From Selaginella moellendorffii (taxonomy: Eukaryota; Plantae; Lycopodiophyta): a stretch of 64,000 bases of DNA. Location: positions 523,515-587,514 of the forward strand of contig NW_003314346.1 of assembly GCF_000143415.4 (NCBI RefSeq). The letters are read 5' to 3'. Below are positions 11,554-24,886 of this stretch, one piece after another. The translations under genes were made by a program, and so were the position numbers. Each line of letters starts with the position of its first letter. Within the stretch, counting starts at the first letter, position 1. The notes beneath the pieces are model-generated. The model was not told the origin of the DNA. It saw only the letters and a list, made by a program, of their open reading frames with translations, and did not search any database.

Positions 11554-12283
11554 GGCGAAAACACCCGCTTTAGATCAATCGATTCCCCACATGCCTGTCT
11601 TGTTCCGATCGCTGGCAGAATCCTCTTTCCCGGCCATCGATTCCTCACTGCGATATTTCGATCGATTCCCCATTCCTGGCTCCCCAGACACTAGGTCTAC
11701 GCCCACGCCCTAGACCTCCGCCAGCTGGATCGAGCCTGAGCTGGAACAAACGAATGGGATTACCTTCGCAGCTTCGCGACCGCGATCGATCGCCATCCTC
11801 GCCGCCAACGAAGAACACAGCGCCGCCCGCCACGCTTCCAACGCAGCGCCAAAGTTAGGAGGTTAGAACTCCCGCGTATTTAACCGCATTCTACACAATT
11901 CAAATCTGGCCGCACGATGGCCGCGACCAACGGTCAAGATTGTACGAATTCTTGATCTTTGATTAATGCTTTACCCATAACCAAATTAAAAATCCTACCA
12001 GCAAGGCGTCTATGTCACCAGCTCGGTGGCAGGCATCTCCAAAAGATGCCTGTATATACTGTCAGCATGGCCGCCTGGATCGCTATTAGATTATTCGCGT
12101 CCGTGTTCCTTGCTTGATATGAAGAATTTCATAAATTTCTTCTATTGGGCGCGCAAATTTGAATTTGAATGGATGAGATGTTGAAGGGTATATAGGGCTA
12201 GGGTTCTAGGAGGGGCAATGCGCATTGGAGGGAGCTAAATCTTGTGACAAGAATCGAGCGCGTCGGTGGTTGATCAGTCAAGC

Positions 12284-14632
12284 ATGGGCGATCGGTCTAA
12301 TTCCGTCAAGAAGTATTCGCTCGCAGAGGTATGAAAGATTCGTGTGGTGTCTTTGGTCATTCGAACTCTTTTCTTTGAATTTCCAGACGCCAGGATCGAG
12401 TGGGCGGAGGCGCTCCACTTTTGGGGGGCCGCCTCCTACGCCTACGCCCATCGTCACACCGCCGCCGCCCCCACAAAGGACGGGTATTCAATCGTACCTT
12501 CACGCGCTGCTTTTGAAAATCGCAAGCCTTGTTGGTGCAGTGAGGGAAGACCAAAATGTTCTAGACGAGAAAAAACGAAAGAGTGAAGTGGCGAGGAAGC
12601 GCAAATCCACTGTAAGTTCTCTCTTTTCATTTTATGTTTTTCTTTCTTTCGTTCTTTGTCGTGAACTCGTCTGGTTTGGCTTTTTTCTTTTTCCTTTTTT
12701 TTTTTCGAACACAGGCACCACCAGAAGTTGAAGAACGTGATCAGGTTTTTTCTGCTTCTGCTTGACACACAACGGCAGTAAATGTACGTATTTTTCTTGG
12801 AAATGAGCGACATTAACTGTGAATGTTTGGCAGATGGTTGTGGAAGAAAATGTGCAGCAGGCTGAAGCTCTGCCATCTCCACGTCCCGACGTGGTTGAGG
12901 AGAACGTCCAGGAGCAGCCGGAGGACGACGAGGACGGCGTCAAAACTGAAAAGGAAGTGGAAGAAGAGATGCAACAGCAAGATTTAGTAGAAGTTGAAGT
13001 ACCAGAGGTTTGAACGAATCACTCCCATAACTCCAAATGAGCAAGAACACTTTGCGTTGTGTAGGAAGATGCTGAGCAACAAGTTGTGGAAGTGAATGAC
13101 GAGGATTTGCAGCAGTCGGAGGTGGGAGAATCGTCTGAAGAATCCGATCTAGAGGTACGAGAACGTCTGAATTGTAATGGACGCAGTCGAAACGTTGACA
13201 ATGTATAGGAGACTGTCCAGCAAGAGGCCGAAAGTACTGATGACAAGATTGAATTGGTGGAAGACGGTTATCCGGTGAACGAAGAAGAAGATATGGTAAT
13301 TGTTCCTGACAAGGAGGAAGATCTGGCTGAAGAGGAGGATAAACCAGCTTCTCAGGAAAAGATTGTGGTGCCTACCAAAGAGGTCCACGAAGCCAGAAAA
13401 GAAAAGAAGACGTCACTCAAGAACACTGACGAGAGGGAGGCCAAAACACCACTCAACGATGCTGAGAAAGAGATCAGGAAAGAGAAGAAGGCCTCACTCA
13501 AAGCTGTTGAGAGAGATAGCGAGAGGGAGAAATCGCCGCGCAAATCACCACGTAAAGATACAGAAAGGAAAGAGAAGAAGGTGTCGCTCAAGGCTGTCGA
13601 GAAAGAAGAACGAGACGCCAAGTCGCCGCGGAAGGATAGTAGGAAGGCGTCAATCATAAACCTTGAATTAACAGATGCTGGCAAAGAAACCAGGAAGGAG
13701 AAGAAGGCGTCACTCAAAGATGGTGAGAAAGAACCACTTGGTGACATATCGCCACGCAGACTTGGGGAAATATCGCCACGCAGTGGAAAAGAGGTATGTG
13801 GGATTCAACTTCTGGTAATGTTCTCACGTCAATTTCATGCAGCTCAAAGACGATCGAGTCAGTGAGCAAAATTTACAAATAGTTGGGGAGTGTATGGGTC
13901 ACGAAGAAGAGGTATGGTTTCTTATTTCAGGGCCAAAACTGAAGTATATGAATTGCAGATGCTGAAAGAGCAGCAGCAGCAACACGGTAGCCTGGCAGCG
14001 ATTCGCGTATCAGTACTCTACAATCAAACCGATGGGAATGTTCTGTTCTTGGAGGGAGGCAAAGATTTCGTCGATCTTCTGATGAACTTCCTGCTGCTTC
14101 CTATTGGAAGCGTGATGAAGCTGCTTCACGATAACAAGGCGGATCTCACAGGACTGGGAGCTGTGGTCCGGCTGTTTCAGAGCATGGAGAAGCTGGAACC
14201 TTCGATCATGGTGGTGGACAAGGACGTCCTGACGAGGCCAAAGTCCGAGAGGAGTGAACAAGAACCCCACCAGATCGAGCAACCTCTTGCTCCTCAGCTC
14301 CAGAACGGGTACGTGAAAGAGAATCTAACTTTCACCATCACAGACGAGCTCGAGATCTTTCCTACGTCGACCATCAAGAGCATCGCGTTGCTCAACCAGC
14401 TCCAGGTGAAAAACATGGCCGACTTGAAAAGCATGGAAGTCAGCGTCGACACCACAGACGTAAGAAGTTTTCCTCTTCCTCGCTTATAGTTTCTCTCGAT
14501 TTTTCACAGGTTCTTCGATTGCTCAGAGCTTCACTCACTCGGAAATCCGTGCTGAATTACGTTTTCCAGTGTCGTCTTCCAAACCAGCACGAACACGAGC
14601 GCTGCGATCGTTGCTCCGTGCATTGCAAATAA
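12284..14632 (+). CDS. DUF674-domain protein with long acidic and Lys/Arg-rich N-terminal extension (spliced)
   Basis: C-terminal VLFLEGGKDFVDLLMNFLLLPIGSVMKLL, GYVKENLTFTITDELEIFP and VLRLLRASLTRKSVLNYVF are typical of DUF674. Phase-0 introns near 13794 and 13911 join it in frame to the charged upstream exons. ATG at 12284. Confidence 0.8.
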
Positions 14633-14762
14633 GCTGTTTAGTGCTTGAGAGTTCTTTGTAGGACTTCAGTTTTTTTACTCGAGCATTGCCACCGCGCAAC
14701 GCATATAAATATTTTAGGTTATGGTAGTGAGGAGTCTCTTGTCCAGGGCTTTTCTCCGATCT

Positions 14763-16529
14763 ATGGCGACCGCAGCCGATCGCCCCGCCACAGGTAATGC
14801 GCATCGTCATCGCGATTGTAATCCTCCACATTTTCGATCGTCCAGGAGCTGCCAAGATCTTGGCAGGTAGCAAGACGATTTCTCCCGCTGGTTCGTTTAG
14901 GGACAAGTTCGTCGCGGCGTTTGACAAGATCAAGAAAGAGCTACTTGCGGATTGCGATGCTTTCCAGTTTACTCGTGAATCCAGAGAATGGGTGTCCAAG
15001 GTTGAGCTTTCATTTTTTCTTTTCCTTCTTTTGGTTTTCTCAGTGCAATGTCTTTCCAGATGTTGGACTACAATGTTCCAGGAGGTACCTGTATTCCTTT
15101 TTTTTTCGATCAAACTCACTTCCTTTTGGGACAGGAAAATTAAATCGAGGTCTCTCGGTGATCGACAGTTTGGTGCTGCTCAAGTCCGAAGACGAGCTCT
15201 CCCGGGATGAAATCGAGCAAGCGTTTGCTCTTGGATGGTGTATTGAATGGGTAAGTTCTTGCATCGATTGGTAAAGAACTTCTAAGTGTTTTTGGTTTCT
15301 ACTTTTTGCTTTTCCATGCATAGCTGCAAGCTTACTTCCTAGTAATGGATGATATAATGGACGATTCACACACCAGGAGAGGAAAGCCGAGCTGGTTTAA
15401 ACAGCCTAATGTTCGTGAGTTTTGTGAGAATTTTATCAATGAGCTGTGACACAGTCTTCCTTTGTGATTAGGTGGGTCTTGTTGCTGCAAACGATGCATT
15501 ACTGCTTAGAAACCATGTACCACGGATTTTGAGGAAGTATTTCCATGGTCAGCTGTACTACTTTGATCTCCGAGAACTTTTTGACGAGGTGCGTTAGCCC
15601 CTGGAAAAGCAATCATTTCTAAGTGACTTAAACTCTAGGTGGAATATCAAACAGCATGCGGTCAGATGCTTGATCTGATCACATCGCCAGCCGGGAAGGT
15701 TGATTTGTCCAAGTACGTCATGGAAACGTAAGTTTTATTTGACTCTATGAAGTATCCATAATGTTTGTCAAAGCAGCTATCTCAGGATTGTGAAGTTTAA
15801 GACAGCGTTTTATTCTTTCTATCTTCCGGTGAGGGAGCAAGAGTGACATTATAAACCAAGTCGTTGACGCCATATGAGAATACAGGTTGCTTGTGCTTTG
15901 TATATGTCAGGCGAGAGCGACAACTCCAAGTTCGAATCTGCGAAACAAATACTACTACAAATGGGAACCTATTTTCAAATTCAGGTCCTTGTGGTTCATT
16001 ACCTTTGATTATTGACGGAATCGGCCCCTGCAGGATGATTTCTTAGATTGTTATGGACATCCTGATGTTATTGGCAAGGTTGATTCCTTGCTGTTTTGTC
16101 TTTCATGTCAAGCTCACTGAACATTCCAGGTTGGAACAGATATCCAGGACGCAAAGTGTTCTTGGCTCATTGTTCGAGCTATTGAACGAGCAGATGCTAG
16201 CCAGAAAACGAGACTAGAGAACAACTATGGCAAGAAGGACAATGCCTGTGTCGAGGAGGTGAAGAAAGTGTACAACGACTTGGGCCTTGCAGTGAGTATT
16301 TTGTTTTGCTTTGAGACTTTTCTCTTTAGCTGCTGGTGAATGCAGGCAGCTTTCTCGGAGTATCAACAGACAAGCTATGGGAGAATTTTGTCTGCTATTG
16401 ATCGGGAAAAGAGTACTCGCTTACAAGTACGTGGTGTTTTCGAGTTTGTTACTTCCTGAATACTCTCTAATTACCCTGCAGGGAGTTCTGTCGTTATTTC
16501 TAGAAAAAATTTACAAGCGCCAAAGGTAG
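14763..16529 (+). CDS. FPS: Farnesyl diphosphate synthase (spliced, ~13 exons)
   Basis: [44 protein letters not shown] (FARM), [26 protein letters not shown] (SARM), [12 protein letters not shown] and KIYKRQR*. Confidence 0.97.
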
Positions 16530-16898
16530 AATTGCTTCTCTTGCCGTTCCTGCCAGCTGTTACACGCGTTTGTCATTTGTTTCGTAGTTAGTATTGGGCT
16601 TCGTGCAATGCGGAGCACAGATGATGATTTTAGCTGTAAATATCCGTTGCTTTTCTCGCGCTAAATGTGTCCCCATCAAAGCCAACAAAAGCTGCAGCTA
16701 TCTGCTCATTCGAGGACTTTTAAATTTTTATTATGACACTTTAGGATCAGGTATTTTGGAATATATATATACTAACTTGTTGTCATAGGTCATTGATTGA
16801 GCTCCTCTCGTTTCATCGTGAAGAACGAGATGCGAGAATTTTTATGCTCGTCAGTAAAGTGTTTACTTCACTTTCAAGCGTTGAGACGGCCCACAGCA

Positions 16899-17811
16899 AT
16901 GGTTTCTATAGCTGAATTTGCTGTGATGGTGATTCTCGGAATCACTCTTCGACAGGCACACGGATCAGGTATGCCCGGAGCTAAAGAAATTGATGTTTGA
17001 CATTTGATCATTGTGCAGCCTGTCCTCTGAATTTCGACTACTTCTCAAAGCCTGGGAGCGATTTTCTCTGTGGGAGCACAGCGAACTATCTCATTCGCGT
17101 TCTTGCTTTTCATACAAACACGACAGCTTCTCCTCGACCGCTTTTCCTGGGTCTCGATAGGTGCTGGGAAACTATCAGCAAGCTGGACACCTCCCCCGAG
17201 TGTAAGAGTTCTTTGGAGATATATTCGCCAGATTATGCATCTCCTTGCAAGTTTGCTACTTTGCAAGAGCTCGAAGGGAACTTCACGATTGCAAACATCA
17301 CGTTTGACGGGCTCCTCAAGGTCTGCACAAGCTCCTTGTCTTTCTGGGAGCTTTTCACATCAAATCTCCGGAGCCTCTCAAACGTGACAAAAGATACACC
17401 ATGGGTGTGTGAGACTGCGCTGCAAATCGCCCTGCTCAGCACCGATGTTTTGAACGACAACTGGGCGCGGAAATTCGAGAATCTTTCCGTCGTCTTTCCA
17501 TTACCTCGAGCTTCTCGAAAGAGAAACAAAAGGAAAGGTACTCTTTTTGTTCTTCTTTTTTCTCTCTTCCACATGTTGTATTACAGAGCTTGCATACACA
17601 GTATCCCTCATACTTGTCTGCTCGGCCATGCCCTTCGCGGTACTTTCATATTTCATTTGGAAAGTCCTTAAAAATCTCAGGAGGAGTGCTTCGATTCACA
17701 ATGTTCGTGTAAGAAAACTTCCACCATTTCACGGCTTTGGATACTCACTCTTTGTTTGTCTAGGAGCTTGAAGAAGAAGATAGCAGCAATAAAACAGTGG
17801 AAGGTCCATGA
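16899..17811 (+). CDS. Small single-pass membrane protein with Cys-containing, SPARK-like ectodomain and no kinase domain (spliced)
   Basis: Signal-peptide-like MVSIAEFAVMVILGITLRQAHGS, then CPLNFDYF with spaced Cys and several NxT/S sequons, a TM segment LAYTVSLILVCSAMPFAVLSYFIW, basic KVLKNLRR and a short last exon ending in TGA at 17809-17811. The SPARK assignment is by resemblance only. Confidence 0.6.
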
Positions 17812-20800
17812 CTATTCAATCCAGCTCTTTGCTCTCTTGAGGCTCACAAGCTTTTCCACAACCGCGGGCACCACCCATGGAAAGCTCAAAGACTCGACGT
17901 TACTCCCTTTACGAAACTCCGGATGATACGTGACATGGTACCAAGCACACGCCTTCGCCAATTGGTGCTCGTTTAGTCCGGCCTCAAACCATCTCCCAGC
18001 TTCCTTGGCAAGAGACTTCATGGCGCAAGCGATCCTATCTCTCGTATCGTTACGCTTCGTCTTCTCGTTGGCTTTCCCGAGGCACAGCACATTCCCAGTT
18101 ACAATCTCGGCCTCGGTTATCTCATAGTGCCGCAGCAAACGCTCCAGCTTCGTATCATAGAGCTCCTTGAGCGACCGTGCCTCGGAGACGTGCTGCTCGT
18201 ATCCATCTACGGTCAAGCTACGATCAAACTCTTGATCCATCTCCTTCGGCGATGCTGCCACTGCTGATGATCTCTGCGAGAAAATTCTTCCATTGGACTG
18301 GAGCGACCGGTAGAGCTTCCCCAGCACACTCTGCGAAGTATACGTCGATTTAAACTCGTTCTCCATGAAGTCGGGATAGTCCCTGGGACGAAGATCTACG
18401 GGAATCACGGCCGGGATGCCAGTCTTTGCAAAGTCGACGGCGGTTGATGCGAGCCTCGCGAGTTCCAAGCATTTTGGATCCTTGGCTCTTTCCAGCTCCT
18501 TATCAGCGTGAACAAGGTGAGCATTCGAGATCACTCCCAGGCTATCGTGAACCATCGAGTCGACGAAGAACCGCTGGATTTCCTGGAAAGAAAAAGAAAG
18601 CTAAGCGCTGAGAACTTGAGAGGATTCAAGCTTTACCTCCAGAGTCACTGAATGGTCGAGCTTGGCGGCGGTACCGGGCTCGTAATCCATCGGCTCGTGA
18701 GTCACTGGTGGTACGAGAGATTTGTCCCAGGTGACGAAGTAGAGATCACCATCGAGATCACTTCCGGAGCACTCGTTGGGATGAGGCCTGGAAGATCATA
18801 CTATCAAACCAAGACGGAAGAACAATGGTAACTTTGCAAGAAGTACCTCTTTCCTCGCTGTGGGAAGACCACGCAGTCGATCATATGGTGAAGTCCCGGA
18901 ACGTCCACGGCTTCCAAGACCAAGAGATCTCCCGGGTGTAAGCAAGGATTCTTGGTGACGACGACTTTCCCGAGAACAACGCAGGCGCTCTCGCTCCGTG
19001 TCACTCCCCTGCGAGGCCTCGCATCGTCCAGGCCATCGTCCACGACTCTGCGAGTTCCTGGCGTTGGAGACACTTGCACGAAGACCTGTCCGTAGTCGAG
19101 AACTCCAGTCTCGTCCAGGCATCCCAGCAAGCAGCGGCCTTTCGGGACGTAGATCCGAGACTTCGTCCGGAGGAGGTAGAGCTGCAGCGATCGAAAGTTG
19201 TCCAGCAACCTCCGCAAGAATGGCTCGTGAGCTGGTTTATATCCCGCCTGGAGCATCGCCACCATGATCGAGTGAGCCTCGCCACCCGAGGACGAAGATC
19301 TCAAGACTTCAATCGCTGTTTGTGGATCGCTCAGCATCTCATCGAGGATTTTGAGCTCCTCCTTTTGCATCCGCTCGAACACCTCGTCCGGAACTCCGAG
19401 AGTCGTCATGAGGATGATACTCTGCCGGTTCAAGTAGTATGGAGCGTACTGCGACGCCTTGAGAACGTCCAGGCCTGTTCTTTCTGAGGGGAACTTTAGC
19501 ATGCTCGGTCTCAGGGAGAGCTTGGTCGAGCAAGTTGGATCAACCGCAACAACCCCTTTGTAGCCAGCGTAGCGAATCTGGAGTGCCGAAAGAACCACCG
19601 GCATGTTGCAAGCTCTTGCCACGCTCGTCGCAAACGCCTTGGAGATTTTCCCGACTCCATCCGAGAAGCAGTAGCGTGTGCCGCAGTAGATGTCTTCCAC
19701 GGACGAGAGCTCATCCTCCAGCACCTCGAGCGAGCTCCTGGACGACGAGAAGCTCTGGCCGATTCGAGCAGCACACTTTGCAATGTTGGTGAAGCCGCCA
19801 AAGTCACCCATCCACGCTCGGATGCTCTCGGCAGTGACGCTGCCGGCGTCGGCAAACATCCACAGCGAGTGCTCGCGGAGCTGGCTGGCCGAGAAGCCCA
19901 AGAACTTAAACTTCTTGCCACCAATCGTCACGCCATCTCGGACCACCGCTAGAACTCGGTGATAGACGCTCGAAGGCTCCGGAAGAAGGCCGATTTGCAC
20001 AGAGACTTTGGTTGGCAGTCGAACGGCGTCCGCGTACAGGGTTTCAAAGTTTTCGTCCACAAAAGAAACGCGCAGAAAGTTTGCAGCAAAGTCCTTGTAG
20101 CGTCGGGTGACCCCGTTCGATCGCTCCAGCTCGGGTCCCGTGCAGTAGACTTTAGTCGGGGTGACGACCAGCCTCTTGACGTAAGTGTATCCTCCATCCG
20201 GCTCCACAAGCTCCGAGCGGCGATGGTGGCATTTGAGATAGCTCTCGATCGTCGAGAAGGCGTCCAGACTCACGTTTCCAGCGGGAGAGACGAGCTTGTC
20301 CAGTGCCGAGAGGCAAAGTTTCTCCGGAAAGCCTTGGAGCAGTGTAAAGAGCTCGCGAGTGACCGACGCCGGGCTCATATACCCGGACTGGACCAGGAAG
20401 TTGATCTTGTAGACGATGTCGAAAGGAAGAGGAGCACCATCGTCCTCGGTGATGCTGAGAATGGGAGAAAGCTCCTGCTGCAAAGCATACGACTCGCCAG
20501 CCACCAAAGTGAGCGCTCGATCCATGGAAGAAGTGTCGTAACCGGACAAGCTCTTGGAGATCTTGAGCGCCTGCTCGTCGGACAAGTCGGAAGGGAACTC
20601 GAGGCAGTAGACGAGAGACTGCGAGATGGCCTTGCCGGGAGTGAAATCGGTGCTGCGAGTCCATGTTGGTTCTTTCGCAAACTTGGAGTACTTATAGTTG
20701 TAGCTGTTGGATCTCACGGCCTTGAAGTGGCGAAGAATCGCGAGCGGGGTGTCCAGCACTGGATTGCCTTGCTCGGATGGAGATGGAAGGCCTTGGAAGA

Positions 20801-21394
20801 CAAGCGGTGGTCGAAAGAGCTGTGTAACGAAGAAGCCAAGTTTGTTCCACGAGCTACTTGAATGAAAGCTTGAAAGAAACTTACCTGGAGAAGAAGATGG
20901 CTAGCTTGCGAGGTCTCGACAAACGCATCCACGAACCGTAGATTTCTAAACAGCAGCTCGAGCTTGTAATCGACACCATCGTGCTGGAGCAGCAAATTCA
21001 GCTGGCAACTGCCAAAGCAAAACTCGGCAGCCACACCGGAGCACGACCAGAGACAGTCGATGCCACTCTCACCTCTCGCGAATCCCATGGTGAGAACGAT
21101 CCCTTCCACGCGCTCGTCCCCCCGGATGGGTCCGTGCGTGACGGCCTTGCGGGCTTGGATCCGCAGAGCTCTGCCGTAGAAGAGCAGTGCGTTCTCGGCG
21201 GCGAGCTGGGACGCTAGCTGCGAGGCCTCGGCGGTGGCGAACTGGACAAAGGCGTAGCCGCGGGACATCCAGTTCGCGTGGGCGGTATCGATCGAGCAAG
21301 AGACTACTGTGCCGCGACCGCAAACGCTCTCTAGGCACTCGACTAGCTCGCTGGCCACCGCACATTTGCTCACATTGCCCACATAGGCCTCCAT
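17812..21394 (-). CDS. RDR: RNA-dependent RNA polymerase, RDR-alpha clade (RDR1/2-like), 4 exons
   Basis: N-terminal RRM (SRGYAFVQF), FLRVSFVDE, KCAARIGQSFS, FSDGVGKIS, QIRYAGYKG, KNPCLHPGD, catalytic CSGSDLDGDLYFVTWD (~18730-18775) and AVDFAKTG. The exon1-exon2 splice is in frame. Confidence 0.97.
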
Positions 21395-22035
21395 AGCTAG
21401 CAAGAACCCTAAAACCTGGGCGGGATTTAGGGCATTTCGAACTTGGGGTTTTATATTTGGTCACGAGCTATGGTCGCGAGGTGAGTTCTTGCGCCAAGCT
21501 CCAGCCTAGCTTAGTAGATTTTGGCTGCCGAAGCTCCTGTCCGCCACGAGAGCTTGTCTTATCAGCTTGCAATGAGGAGGATCTAGAGCTCATGGATTTG
21601 GCGGCGAGCAACAATCAGCTCGCGGGATTCTTCCGGACGATCCTTGCCATCGCGCTTGCGAGGCCCAGAATTTCTTCTTTGTTCGTTTTTGCCTTCTCTC
21701 ACGATCACGGTTCTCTGTGTGTACAGGCCCACGCCAGAATGCGGATTTGGAGAATGCGTATCGATACACGCAGTCGAGCAAGGCAAGCTTTGGGGGCATG
21801 CGCTTGTCCTCGAGGACGGTGAGCTTGGCCCGATTGCTAGGCACTTGTCATGAACGCTCGAGAGGATATACAAGAGCACCCTGGTCGCTGGAAGTTAAAG
21901 CATTGCCTTGGAGAAGCAGATGAATCGTGTGACTCCATAGCCGCAGCGCGGATAGTACTCGGCCACTGCACAGGTTGACACCAGGAACTTCGAGAATTAT
22001 TGCCAGTAACGATCAACAAGGGTATTTAGCTCACA

Positions 22036-22971
22036 ATGAGCTCGCCCGGCATTGGAGTGGGCGTGTTTCAGCCTTCAGTGACTGCACCGAGAAATCTGTA
22101 TGAATGGTGCGACCTGTTCGTGGAGATGGAAGATGACGAATCGAAGCTCAACGAAGCGAGAGGCCAGGTGCTTGACAAGGCAGAGAAGCGTCGCAAGACG
22201 GCTAAGGCGGACAGGAAGGTTGTTCTAGGCGCTGCTCGTTGATTGTGCTCACGCACTCACGAGAACATCACCGTGTGGTCAAGGGCTGGTTGCGGCAACC
22301 GAGACGCCAGAAGTAGTAATGGATACAGCCGGGCTTTGCCGTCTTCCTTCTCTTCTGCATCGTTCACCTGAGTGACAACGGTTTTTTCTTCGAGGCTGCG
22401 GCAGAAGTTCCAAAGTTGAGAGGCTCTCGTCCAGCTGAGCCGAAGTACGTTGTGCGTCGTGGTGATTCGGGCCAGTTGTTGGAGCTGGAGATTGTGCACA
22501 CCTTTGTGGATTACTTGTTCCGAGGTGGCAGCTATCTTGGTCCGATTTGATGGTGGCAAGCAGCAGGCGATTCTCAAGAGAGGCTCAATACAGTGAGCCA
22601 AACGTGTTGCGGCAGCAGTCGGCATGCCAGCGGAGTTCTTCAACCAGGCGGAGACGGAGAATCGTGTTCGGCAGATTCTAGGTGGTTGTTCCGGAGGTTC
22701 TCTGGGCTGGTACTGGTGTGTAACCGTTTAGCTGGGGAACTGTCCGGTTGTGCTCATGGCGGACGCAGGCGAGTCACTCGACGGTGTGACGCTGCCAATG
22801 GACGAGGTGGTGGCGATGGGAATGAGTTTGCTCGAGACGGTGACCGAGCTACACAAGCGAAGCGTAATCCACAGGCACATATCCCCGCGGAACGTTGCAT
22901 ACCAAGCAGGAAAAGGGGATTGCCTTGCTGCTACATGCGGCAGTGAGAGGACCTTGAGTTTGGCTTGCTGA
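22036..22971 (+). pseudogene. Decayed protein kinase-like sequence
   Basis: Stop-interrupted reading with AETENRVRQIL (alphaC-like), VVLMADAGESLD (hinge-like) and LLETVTELHKRSVIHRHISPRNV (catalytic loop, with His at the Asp position). No DFG motif found. Confidence 0.5.
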
Positions 22972-24886
22972 GTGCGCTCTTCGGCGAAACGCTGGATGCT
23001 TCAGCAGGCATTGTTTACACCATGATCAGGATGGCCGGACTGGACTGGACTGGGTCAGAAGCTGCTCAAGGGATGCATCAGGCGAGAGGATTCATCGCCA
23101 AGTTTGAAGAACCCCTCCTTGGGGGCTCACAAGCAGAAAGCTGGAGAGGTCCCTGAGTTATTGACCTACATCGTGAGAGCTCTTCTGGAAGACCTATGTC
23201 AAGAAATCCACTCATGATTTGGTAAATTAACTACATGCTTCTTAATCTTAAGTTTGTGGGAGTGCCTCCGTGAAGAGGCGTTCCAAAAATTTTGATATGC
23301 CGCTGTTATGTGGCCGGCACACGGTATTCTTTAGTAAAAGGCGAAAGAATAGTTCGCTTTGCGCTGACCACACGGCCCATATGTTTTATGAAGGGTCTTC
23401 GATCGCTTTATATACTCATACATAGGCATGAAATCAAGCTCCGGCATGTGGGATAACTCCACAAGCCCTAGGTCATCGTACACTTCCGTACTGCCCTAAG
23501 AGCATTGCTCTCAAAATTGAAACCATTAAACACCACTGTCATGGTAAGCCAGAGCAAGCGAATGGAGAAGTGCCAAAACCGGATCGTCCACAAACTCCTG
23601 CCCGTCAATGTACATCAGCCTCCCATGCAAGAAAGAGAAACAGTGACGCCGTGCGAACGCTGAAAGTCTTTCCAGACTTTGCTGATCCCAGAATGAGACT
23701 CAGCTGGCGAGGCTCTTTGTCCCTTATAAAACTGATGGCCGATGCGATGCATTGCCGCCCAAGAACGCGGATGGAGCCCATCCTATCATCTAGAAACTTG
23801 ATCTCATTCCATCGGGCGTTTACAAAGAAGGAGATCGTGAGTGGACTGGTGTGCGCAGAAATGTTTCTGCCTCTCCGTTGCCCGAACCACCGTTCGTGTT
23901 ACACGTACGAGAGGAGATGGATCGATGGTCGATTCTGGCCGAAATATGCAGCAATGCTGGTGAGCACAGCTTGATATCTTCGTGCAAACTCACATTGCAG
24001 TCTCTCTCCGATGGTCGCTTAGCAGCCACTTCCACAGAGAAGCGTGATCGGTGATGTCAGTTGGTATTTCTCACTTGACGGCACCCCTGGAATCCAGAGG
24101 ATGCGCTGGGTACTTACCGGACAACCGCCGGCCGATCGAAAAGATTAAAGATGGATACGGCCTAAACCCTATTGATATATAACGATTCTTAAAAGATACC
24201 TTTATAGTATCTTTTTCACCGCAATCGGCTTGAAAATATAAACATACTCGGAAAAGATGCACCGTTCGTACGTGTGACAGAACGGTGGCATTGGAACCTC
24301 GCAGAGGAATGTCACTGGATGCACACACACATTCCGGACACATGCTGGCGAACACAGACAGAATGCTTTCAGCGGGCATTTGCTGCAAACAAGACATCCT
24401 TACTTCTTCATCTTACATACACATCACGCTCCAAGAACTTCGAAGTTGCAGTCCAGTAAAAAGCCACTGTAGGCACGCTGAGCTTGTACCACCTTGCCTT
24501 CTCTGCCACTATCGCCGGGAGCTTGGATCACTATCACAACCTTGCGGACTACCTTCACAATGCAGAACCAAAACCTGTCATCACTGGGAGAAGCGTTAGT
24601 AAGCTGGAACACCTCCCATGAGTTCTTCCCACGTTCGTATCTCCGCAATAATGATTTGATCATATCCAACTCGTATATCCAGCTTCGTTCAAGACCAGAA
24701 ATGATCAAGAGTAAAGAGACAGCACCTACTGAGAAAAACTATCATATTGAAGATGGAAGGGAATGCATGACGTCCAGGGCCCAGTACACTTTGCTGGTGA
24801 GTACCTGTCGGGGTTTTGCAGTATTTGTTTTGAAGCAAAGGCACAAGGATTTGGAGAAAAGGACCAAGAAAACTTTATTTGTAATT

